64,000 nucleotides of DNA from Antedon mediterranea (lineage: Eukaryota > Animalia > Echinodermata). Shown here one piece after another: positions 39,642 to 49,760 of this stretch. Position 1 is the first letter of the stretch. Each line of letters opens with the position of its first letter. A program made the translations under genes and the position numbers. The stretch lies in the NCBI RefSeq assembly GCF_964355755.1, contig NC_092673.1, positions 9,486,001 to 9,550,000 on the forward strand, in the 5' to 3' direction. The notes below the pieces were generated by a model. The model made no database searches. It had not been told where the DNA came from and saw only the letters and a program-made list of their open reading frames with translations.

Positions 39642-41855
39642 CTAAAAATCTACATTATTTGGCTATTATTGGGCTATTAAAAATCTACATAAAAATGGCT
39701 ATTATTTGTCTACTAAAAATCTACATTATTTGGATATTATTGGTCTACTTAAAAATGGCTATTATTGGTCTATTAAAAATCTACTTAAAAATGGCTATTA
39801 TTTGTCTACTAAAAATCTACATTATTTGGCTATTATTCGGCTATTAAAAATCTACACTATTTGGCTATTATTGGGCTGTTAAAAATCTATTTAAAAATGG
39901 CTATTATTTGTCTACTAAAAATCTACATTATTTGGCTATTATTGGGCTATTAAAAATCTACATTATTTGGCTATTATTAGGCTATTAAAAATCTACATTA
40001 TTTGGCTATTATTGGACTATTAAAAATCTACATAAATTGGCGACTATTGGGATATTAAAAATCTACATTATTTGGCTATTCAAAATCTACATAAATTGGC
40101 TATTATTGGGCTTTTAAATATCTACATTATTTGGCTATTAAAAATCTACTAAATAATTGGCTATTAAAAATCTACATATAACTATTATTGGGCTATTAAC
40201 AATCTACATATAGATATTATTGGACTATTAAAAATCTACATATAACTATTATTGGGCTATTAACAATCTACATATAGATATTATTGGACTATTAACAATC
40301 TACATATAGATATTATTGGACTATTAAAAATCTACATATAAATTGGCTATTAAAAATCTACATAAATTAACTACTGTTAATTTAGATACTTAAAATCTAC
40401 AGAAATTTAAAATCTAATCTTTTCTGGCTAAAATACAGATACAGAACAATAATTCATCATAATTTATTGGCAAATAACAAATGTATAATCATTAAAAAAA
40501 TAACAAATTAATTTTTTTCCCGTATTTGTAAACCTTAATCTTGTCCATACATATGTGAGTCCGAAAACTTTAAGCACATATTTTAACTCAGTTGGACATG
40601 TAAAAGGAAGAATACCAAACAACAACAACAGTTACTTTTGTAACAATTTAGACTTATTAAGTGAAACAAGACATTAGTAACCAAATATACAGTATACATT
40701 TTATAAATTTATTTAACATAAAATTAAGATAGTACAGTATTTGTAAACCTTAATATCTTAACCATAACATTGCACATGTTTTAACTCAGTTGGACATGTG
40801 ACAGAAAGAATACCGAGCAACAGAGCAACACTCATCACTTTTGTAACAATCTAGACTTATCAAATGAAACAAGACACAGTATCCAAATATACAGTATACA
40901 TTTTATTTAAACTTCAAAATTCAAAACAATTCCTGAATGGAATTAGACCAGACAATAATAAGAAATGCACCAAATATTGTCACTATTGACATGAAAAATT
41001 AATTACGCAAAAGCACACTTCACCATAAATTAATCATCTTTGCACTTGACCATCAAATTTGTACTAGTATAGGTTAAAGATTGTTTAAACATTTTTTTGT
41101 TGAATATGCCATTTGAATTTTGCTATACAAGGGCTACCTACCAGTAACCTATTAACAGACTATAAACAAACTGATAATAGCCAGTAACTATTAATAAACT
41201 ATTTATTTTATATACTTAGGCCTACTAAGAATTATTACAAATAGATACAGTAGATATAGCTAGATGACCTAGGCCTCTAGGCCTAGATACTGCATTAGAA
41301 ATCTATTATTAATATCACAGTTGTAATATCTATCAACTGCATACTTACAATAGCTATACTAGGGCTACCAATAATAACCTATTAATAGACTAGGCTTAGG
41401 CCTATTAACAAACTGATAATAGGCCTAGGCAGCCCAGTATAACTATTTAGTATTAATATTATAAACTAAAAAATCTATTTTATAATTGAACCCTGGGAAG
41501 TAGGCCTACAACTTGTGGCTTATTACTATGTTTTCATTTATGTACACACCTATAATTATATTATACTGTATAATGCCATTGTTGAATAAATAAATGTTTT
41601 TTGAACAACAAACAGGCAATGTAGGGCCTAGGCTAACTAGTAGTAGGCCTATAAGCCTAGGCTATAAAGTATATTAGGCCTAGGCTAGGCTATTATTATT
41701 ATAACTTGAATGAAAAATGCCTAGTGCAATTTAAAAAAGACTAGGCCTAGGCTAGGGCCTACCTAGCTTAGTAGCCTAGCCTAGGCCTACTAACTAATAA
41801 CTAATACAGGCCTGGCTAGGTTATAGAGCCTACTAGAGGCCTACTAGCCTAGCTT

Positions 41856-42490
41856 GAGTGTTGCCAAAGTGCGAGTCAACGAGGCACGCAATGCAGGCAT
41901 AATGCACGCAATCCACGCAATGCATGCAATCCACGACGGTAATTCAACGGAAAAAATACCAACAAGTGCAAGCCTTCGAATAATAATAAGCCTTCGTTAA
42001 TATTTTGTGTACAATTCATAAACATTTATGAATCACCTACCGTTAATGTAATTATGTTAACAATTTTGAATATCCAGATGCAACTTCGATGTTTACAGTT
42101 AGTTTTAGATGGTGCCTGGTCACCGTCTAAGAAGCCTAGCTAGCTAGCCTAGGCCCTATAGTATACGGTAGCCCGCCCGCCGGAGTAGAGACGGCTATTC
42201 GCTGTATGCTTAGTACAGTCTAGGCCTGGCAGTAGCTTCTTTATCAACGCTGTCAACAATGGACGAATACAGTGGATTACGGATATTTTAATTACTCCCC
42301 TCTAATGTTTGATATGAACATACTAATTTATATTAAAATTATTTAATATGTTTTATGGTGCCTCGCACTTTTGGTACAATAGTGCAGTTACACTTCGTAC
42401 TGACTCGCTTGAATTGCAATTAACATGGTCACGTGGGCCGTTGACTCCAATGAATCCAATGAATCCATGGCTTGCAGTTTGTCAATACCC
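41856..42490. mobile_element. MULE/Mutator-like MITE (635 bp)
   Basis: 9-bp TSD GCCTAGCTT (41847-41855 and 42491-42499). Imperfect TIR GAGTGTTGCCAAAGTGCGAGTCA versus GGGTATTGACAAACTGCAAGCCA. Confidence 0.75.
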
Positions 42491-42740
42491 GCCTAGCTTC
42501 TAGCCTATCAAAAAGGAACACTTTAACTTTAACAAATAAAATGTAAAGATATGGATTGATTCACTTACCACTAAACTGACATTGTGGTTGGAATAAAAAT
42601 AAACATTCATGGTCTGATCGAAAAGGCCTACAACAAGCGAATGCTCCTTTTTTCTCTGATCATCTGCATCGTGCCTGCTGCTGCTGCAAAAAAAAGAAGC
42701 GGGAATTTGGGTGTAACAATTGTTATACACACGCACTAAT

Positions 42741-43342
42741 ATAGACAACGGCTATCTATAACCTATTAACAAACTACATTTTACATTTTACATTTAACTT
42801 ATATTCCATACCTACTAAATATCTATTATATATAGATAGATGGAGGCTACTACAAGTCTATTAGAAATCTATGAGTAACACCGTTTTGTATTATCTATCA
42901 ACTGTCTATTTATAATAGATAGACAACAGCTATCTATAACCTATTAACAAACTACATTTAACTTTCCTTCCATACCTACTAAATATCTATTATATATAGA
43001 TAGATGGAGACTACTACAAGTCTATTAGAAATCTATGAGTAACACAGTTTTTTATTATCTATCAACTGTCTATTTATAATAGATAGACAACAGCTATCTA
43101 TAACCTATTAACAAACTACATTTAACTTTTTTTTCATACCTACTAAATATCTATTATATATAGATAGATGGAGACTACTACAAGTCTATTAGAAATCTAT
43201 GAGTAACACAGTTTTCTATTATCTATCAACTGTCTATTTATAATAGATAGACAGCAGCTATCTATAACCTATTAACAAACTACATTTAACTTTTTTTTCA
43301 TACCTACTAAATATCTATTATATATAGATAGATGGAGACTAT
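42741..43342. repeat. 164-bp tandem repeat, ~3.6 copies
   Basis: The AGACA(A/G)C(A/G)GCTATCTATAACC anchor occurs at 42743, 42921, 43085 and 43249. Diverged relatives lie at 41130-41480. Confidence 0.9.
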
Positions 43343-43844
43343 TCCCTGTCTACATAAAAACTCTTAAGGTGAAAAATATCTATTAAAAACTACTAACAAT
43401 GGTGTAGCTTAAAGGCCTACTTTAAATAGTGCTACATCAACTATGATACAACTACTTACTGTGTACTTTTAATAGGTAGTACCTATTATGTCACCTATCT
43501 ATTTTATGTAGTCAGAAAGTAGTCAAAGAAATTATGATAAAATCCTTAGTAGCCAAGAGAAAAAAACTACTAACTAATATTAAGCCTACTAAGGATAGAG
43601 CTATTTCTATTAAAGACTATCTAAATATACTATCTAAACATAAATAATTCCATACAATAATAATAGACCTTACATAAGTATCTAAATAAGTCATAGATCA
43701 AACAATACAATATAAATAATTCTTGGTTTAAAATAATTACAACTATAATAATAATAATAAGATAAGTCTCAATTGCTTACCAAAGATATGCCTGGATAAC
43801 ATGTGCAGCTATAGCTATACACTATCTCAATTACTACTGTACTA

Positions 43845-43975
43845 CAGCTTTAGGCTTCTAAGTAAGCCTTGGTACATCTACCACTTCTATAGCTAGGCCA
43901 GCTTAGGCTTCTAAGTAAGCCTTGGTACATCTACCACTTCTATAGCTAGGCCAGCTTAGGCTTCTAAATAAGCCT
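43845..43975. repeat. ~53-bp tandem repeat, ~2.4 copies
   Basis: Repeated TTAGGCTTCTAAGTAAGCCTTGGTACATCTACCACTTCTATAGCTAGGCCAGC. Confidence 0.85.
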
Positions 43976-44322
43976 TTTGTGCTTGCTAGGTCCTTACCCA
44001 ACAAGCCTAACTATCCAACTGCCAGCCACAGCCCAAGCAAGCTATGCCCTCATTAGCATAACCCATATGGTTGGTCACCTGTTCACTTGACACCCTTCAG
44101 TGAACACAAGCACAGTATACCTAGCTTGGATTTGGCACTTACATTATCTTTAAATTATTTTATTTTAATTTTTATTTTAAAAACATGTTTATGTCTCGTC
44201 ATGATGTATTTTTGGGTTTGGTCCCTAATGATCAGCTTTGGCTGGATGGACCACCATCGTAAATAAACACCCATGATAATTCAAAGTGGGGGGATCATCA
44301 CATTTAACATTTATTTTTTAAG

Positions 44323-44442
44323 TTGTAATGACAAGGATCAGGAACTTTGTAGTGTAAAAAAGCAGATTTTAGAATGGGAAGAAAAGCAGAAGGAAGTAAA
44401 GTCAAAACATTTTAAAAATGATAGAAATACAAGTGATCAAAG
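44323..44442 (+). CDS. Coiled-coil protein gene, exon g (after the 26-kb intron)
   Basis: ttttaag| and |gtaagc. Phase 2-2 matches exon f. Encodes CNDKDQELCSVKKQILEWEEKQKEVK.. Confidence 0.75.
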
Positions 44443-44577
44443 GTAAGCTGCATAAAGTATAACAATAGTAAAGGCTTACTTGTTCTTCATCTTCACACTA
44501 CCACTGATTTCCCAATAAATTTGTTGTTGCCACATTGACAGAATTCAGGTGTTGTCTATTTGGTAATGTTTTATTAG

Positions 44578-44674
44578 TATTGTAGACCTAGAGATTATGA
44601 TAAAGAAATTAAGCTCAGAAGTCAAATCAATGAAATCTGTGCCGCAGGAGAATGATTGTGATGATAAAAAGAAG
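44578..44674 (+). CDS. Coiled-coil protein gene, exon h
   Basis: ttattag| and |gtaatt, phase 2-0. Encodes IVDLEIMIKKLSSEVKSM..DDKKK. Confidence 0.7.
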
Positions 44675-44800
44675 GTAATTAACTTGGTAAAAAGAGCAAT
44701 CTTCAATATTAACATTATTGTTTTATGAATACTGACTACAAAGAAGTTCTGGCATCTAGAGTTAGGTGTTAAATATACTCCATAAAATCTTAATCAATAG

Positions 44801-44949
44801 ATCAGAGAACTTGAATGGAAACTTCATGTTATTCACATGCAGCGATTGGCAGATCAAGAAACAATCGGCCATCTACAGGATAATCTTAAAGATGTTATCA
44901 GCAAATTCTTAGACAGACGAGATGGCATCATTAGTTCAAAGAATGACAG
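44801..44949 (+). CDS. Coiled-coil protein gene, exon i
   Basis: caatag| and |gtacag, phase 0-2. Encodes IRELEWKLHVIHMQRLADQETIGHLQDNLK.. Confidence 0.8.
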
Positions 44950-45309
44950 GTACAGTTAAACCATCATTTTACATGCCATGGAACCAAAAGACAATTATAT
45001 AAAATTTATAGCAGGCAAAACAATTCTATTTCCGGTCATGTTTCAACAAAATGTTCAAAAAGTGTAAATATAAACATATATATTTTGAACAATTTGACAC
45101 CAAATACAGCTGTCTACTACAAGCGGTTACCGATTTTCAAAAATTGGCGGCCATCTTTTTTAACGTCAAATTTTGAACCTTTGCGGTAGTCCGATTTTGG
45201 TAAACTTTTGATATATGTTTTTTGAGACCATTTTTTATTGTAATTCATCAAAAAACATTTTCTTGCAATTTTTTTGGGGTAATGAAACAGTTTGACTCGA
45301 CTATATACA

Positions 45310-46096
45310 TCGTTAGAATGCTCGGGAACACCGATTTTTTATTTCATTTTCTTGAAGTGTATGTATCATATGTATGATTTATTATGAAATTAAGAGAACA
45401 AAAGTTGATTAAGTCATCATTAATGGCATATTAAATTTACAAAAATTAATTTCGACAATCAAACAAATTATAACATTTTCTTAGGCCGAAATAACAAACT
45501 TAGCATTAACTTTCTTCCTTAAGAAGTTCATATATTAAAGTTAAAAGTATATAGTTTGACAGTGCATTATTTTTAAAAATCTTTAAAGATGTCATCATAG
45601 TAAAACATTATAATTCATTGCGGTATGTAATAATCTATCTGCACCAAAATGGTTACTGCATAGTAAATACACGGAGGAATATTTCCATAATTTTTAGTCA
45701 GTTGTGTATGGCTCGGTGGTCTTTGCTCGTGTCTATAGCATTCAAGGTACCGAGTTCGAGTCTCACCTTGGGAAACGAAACGAAATAAGATTTTTTTTTA
45801 TTATCCGTATTGTTTGTTCAATTGTATTTTTTAGTGTATAGATTATACAGATGATTTATAATGAAATTTATTTAAAAACACAAATGTGGTTTATGACATT
45901 GTATACGCAGAAGGATCTTTGATTGGATTATGATACCGGCTATTGTATTTGCGTTAGCAAAATCCTATAATATATTATAAATAACTAAAGATTCTGAGAA
46001 AATCAATCAATCAAAATATCTTAAATCAATAAATTATCTTTATTTAAATCAATGCATATAACCTATAATTCGTCATAGTGACGAATTAAATCTAGT
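45310..46096 (+). mobile_element. Helentron-type element 3' portion (fifth subTIR variant) with an internal tRNA-like A/B box (45700-45775)
   Basis: Ends ATGCATATAACCTA-TAATTCGTCA-TAG-TGACGAATTA-AAT-CTAG-TT. Internal TGGCTCGGTGG and GAGTTCGAGTCT. The 5' end is missing. Confidence 0.6.
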
Positions 46097-46242
46097 TTAT
46101 ATTAAACCTTTTAGGAAATGGGAACTTTTCCCTCAGTAATATCTGCCCTGCTCCTGCTGTATGATGTTTTTATATATTTCAATATGTTGTGTATTTTGGT
46201 GGAAATAAATACAATATTAATATTATATTTAAAATCTTTCAG

Positions 46243-46438
46243 GACTAGCGATACATCAAGTGACATCTGCCAGGCTCTCACTCGTGCTCAAGTACGAGCG
46301 TATGCAATGAATCTTAATGAGAGCCCTCTCTACCTGTTTGAAAATTCACAGCATGGTGGCCTTCAAGCACCAGACTTCTCAATTAAAAGCACTAATATGC
46401 GCACATCTACTCCGAACCATAGTAGGCCTACACCTTAA
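46243..46438 (+). CDS. Coiled-coil protein gene, terminal exon
   Basis: ctttcag| in phase 2. Encodes TSDTSSDICQAL..HSRPTP followed by TAA, with AATAAA at ~46458 and ~46493. Confidence 0.75.
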
Positions 46439-47399
46439 TGTTAAATACTAAAAACATAATAAAATATTTTTTGGCCACTAGTTTTTATTAAACAATAAAT
46501 ATATGTTTCTGTATTAATAAATAATGCAGTATTTTATTCTGCTATACTAGGTTAAGTTAGTAACAGATGAACAAATGTAATTAATAATAAATGTATTATT
46601 TAAACAAATCCCCTGAACAAAATAAATCAAAAAGTTGTTATTGCTGTATTTATTCATATTTGATTTACAAAAATCAATGAATTACATTCTGAAGTAACAG
46701 TTCATGGGCTGTACACCATAACCACCACAAATCCCTACATTTTTGGTATTTTCAACACTAAATTACAATTAAAAATACAAATGTGTTCTTCAATCTGCAG
46801 TGGAGGCTGCTAGGGCTCAAATGAGAGTGTTTGATTCAAATTTTTGCAATATCACCAAATGTCGTGTTGGTTCCCCATACTCTTTATTTCAATTTCTGCT
46901 GGATGCTATTTGACCCTATGGGAGCGGCTAATTTGCATAATTCAAAATGGCCGCCATTTTTACAATAATTATGTAAGGGAGGGCGAACATGGTGGTTGAA
47001 GGTGGATCTTATGAAGAAGTTCTCTAAAAGATGGCCACGGGGCTTAATCAACAATTTTTAAAAAAATTATGAAATTTGTATACAAGGATCGTTTTAGAAT
47101 ACATCCCTGTGGTGATTATGCTTTCTTGGCACAGCGTAGTGATATTGGTGTGTCTGATTATTTGATTTGACGCAGCCATATTTTAGACTAGAGAGAAGCT
47201 CTCCCACAGATGGATGCCATGCATTTCGAATGCATTGGAGTTGATCAAATAGCCTTCTGCTTTCTTGTCTATGTAACAAACACAGAATAGTAACAATCTT
47301 ATTTGGTCCAATAAGAAAATTGGGAAAAAAATAAAATACTATTTTTGACATTTGATCTATAATACAAAGCATTGCTATATCTTAGTTCAAAGAAGCAAA

Positions 47400-47835
47400 A
47401 CAACAAATAAGTAAAACAAAAAGAAACATCCAAGAAGAAAGTTAACATCACAGATAAAAAAGATTTTGATGTCATACCGTATGTTGCAGGTCTATCTGAA
47501 CGAGTTAGTAAAGTGTTTAAAGAGTTTGGCATTAACACCGCCATTCACCTCATTCTTCACTTCACCAAATTATTGTCCACCACAAAGATCAGATTGATAA
47601 GACTAAAGTTAAACTGCATATATGAAATTCTACAAACAAAGAAAAAACCGAGATGAAGGCGCACACCAACTGAGTCACATATCTGACCTGTAGACAGACA
47701 TGGCCCTCTAGAGGTCAGTCAGCCTAATTACAGGTAGTCGTTCTTCTGAAGAAGTTGTTCATGAAAGGAACAACGAAACCGTCAAGAAAAGAAGGTATTT
47801 ACCATCTAATCTCTCGTAATTGGTTTGATAAAAAG
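47400..47835 (+). mobile_element. Penelope-like element 3' remnant (linker/GIY-YIG region and pLTR)
   Basis: VIPYVAGLSERVSKVFKEFGI, IVHHKDQIDK, CIYEI and NRDEGAHQLSHI are typical PLE C-terminal motifs. Confidence 0.8.
47741..47788 (+). ncRNA. Type I hammerhead ribozyme of the Penelope element
   Basis: Stem I TTCTT/AAGAA, CTGAAGA(A), stem II GTTGTTC/GAACAAC, then GAAAC-C-GTC. Predicted cleavage is after C47783. Confidence 0.75.
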
Positions 47836-49614
47836 AATTGTTTACACTTTATTAAGAACATACCTGTTCAAAATTTGATCTTTATTTTATGAGTAGGTAA
47901 TGTGGGAGATAACATGCTTCCCATGCCCTAACCTAAAATTAGCTGACACTAAGTTACAGGCCCCCTATGGGAATTTAAATCTGTAATATCCAGAGTGGCT
48001 TCATTGTGCTCCATACATAAAGTATATAGCCCCACTATGTGAACATGGCGGAATACAGCCACACTGAATAAAGTATATGTTTATCACAGTTACCAAGCAT
48101 CAGTGTCCATATATACTGTTATTACAAAATGGATGTTGAATGTAGGCTCAATGGATGGAAATAAAATATATTTAATCTGATGAATGATGGCAATAAACAT
48201 AGTGCGCAGAGTTGAATTGTATATTTGCAATAACAATGAAATCAACTCTCCGTGAACCTACTGCAGGTAAAAATTCAAGGTCTGGCTTAATATTTTTTCC
48301 TATGAATTTGTTTTTTATTTGGTTTCATTCACTGTACCTGGTCAATACCTAATAAGAAATGTGCAATATTAATTATTTATTTTCATGTTGAAGATGTCAT
48401 CATGTTTACAGTATTTTTATTGTTCACTATACTGTATATGAATCTGTTCTCAAATGAAATGTCAGCATCATGTTTTAACTTATTATAGGTGATCATGAAT
48501 TATGAATTAATGTAAACATTTTTTTGTTGTTTCGTAATATTCACCCAAGAGGAAAAAACATTAACATAAATATTTGACATTTTTCCCCCTATTGGGTGTT
48601 GTGACACCCAATAGGGGAAATGATGAATGGTTAAATTTCAACTCGGCTTCAGCTTGTTGAAATAATAACCTTTCATCATTCACTATTCCACTCATAAACA
48701 TTAATTATTTGTAAACTATATGACACAAAATAAACACACATTGTAATAACAATAGCCATAACTAATAGTTTTTCTTGATCAAATCTTTAATTCTTGATAT
48801 AAAAAAAATACGACCAGTAAAGAACAATTATAGATGAATAGTGGGGTTCCTTTTAGCTCCAAAAAAAGGGCCGGTACTTCAAATTTGGGTAGAAGCATGA
48901 AATTTAGTATGACAACTCGTATCGAAAATTCGCAACTTTTAAGATTTGAGGCCACTTCAAATTTGACCTCAGATAATGTCCGATTCCTCAGAACTCGTAA
49001 ACCGTAAATCCTAGACACACGAAAATAATGTCAAATGATGCAGAAGTACTACTTTCTATTCATGTTTATGACAGATGTTGATGATATTTTGAGTTGAAAG
49101 AGAGATAAGGTAGTTGTAGAATAAATGTTTAATTATCTGCTGCTTCCATCTTCTATCAATGTTGAATAGTTGGCAGCAGAGTAGAGCAGTTATAGATTGT
49201 GCACAAGGGTGTGGTTTACAGCATGCCATAGTGTCCTACCGCATGCCATAGTGTCCTACCGCATCGTACACATCAGACTGTCTAGTGCCTAAATATAGTG
49301 CATTGAGACTAATTTTGGTGCTGCAATTTTAAAGACCCGGTATTGTCAATAAACACTTTCAGATAAACGTTCGAAACAGCCAAATTAGTCCAAACCAATG
49401 GCGGAGTAACAAATTGTTGGTAACTACGGATGTATATCTCTGGTTAGGAAATGTGCATTGTCCATTTTTTCCTTTCATCCTCCTTTACATTGTTACAAAT
49501 ACTTAATTTGCATACACAGCTCTGCCCTGCTATTCTAAATAGGCTGAATTTAACAGTTTGGCATACCAATGTAATTAAAACCTAAAATCATACATGATAG
49601 TGATACATTTATTT

Positions 49615-49760
49615 TTATGTATTTTGAAGTGTTGGCTGGAAATATTCCATAATTTCGTTTACCATTTCATCATCAATTTCTTCGTCCCCTTCTTCGTCCT
49701 CGTCCCCTTCTCCATCCTCGTCCTCATTTCTTTCAATTTCCTGAGTTTCTTTATCTGATA
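49615..49760 (-). CDS. GTF3C5: GTF3C5 terminal exon, acidic C-terminal tail
   Basis: ttttgcag| in phase 1. Encodes ISDKETQEIERNEDEDGEGDEDEEGDEEIDDEMVNEIMEYFQPTLQNT*. This resembles the acidic tail and EMETEILDYV end of vertebrate GTF3C5. Confidence 0.85.

Larger units (their letters stand above)
34660..40400. repeat. Minisatellite of ~30-35-bp units (ATTATTTGGCTATTATTGGGCTATTAAAAATCTAC variants), split by the Gypsy insertion
   Basis: Visible at 34660-35156 and 39642-40400. Confidence 0.9.
34428..43636. mobile_element. Large non-autonomous DNA transposon (CCC terminus, CMC/EnSpm-like) with internal tandem arrays; right terminus lost
   Basis: It interrupts a sequence that is intact at 24684-24940. 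It begins CCCATAACAAAAA and has CTA/TAG-rich subterminal repeats at both ends. The superfamily call is inference. Confidence 0.6.

Noticed and set aside
39659-39847. Repetitive hydrophobic peptide ORF (MAIIGLLKIY repeats)
   Set aside because: It is a translation of the minisatellite.
44586-44674. Alternative acceptor for exon h
   Set aside because: It leads to an in-frame TGA, whereas the AG at 44576-44577 keeps the frame.
49503-49581. Further GTF3C5 exon after a donor at 49662
   Set aside because: Reading through the donor gives MVNEIMEYF..*, which matches the conserved GTF3C5 C-terminus better.
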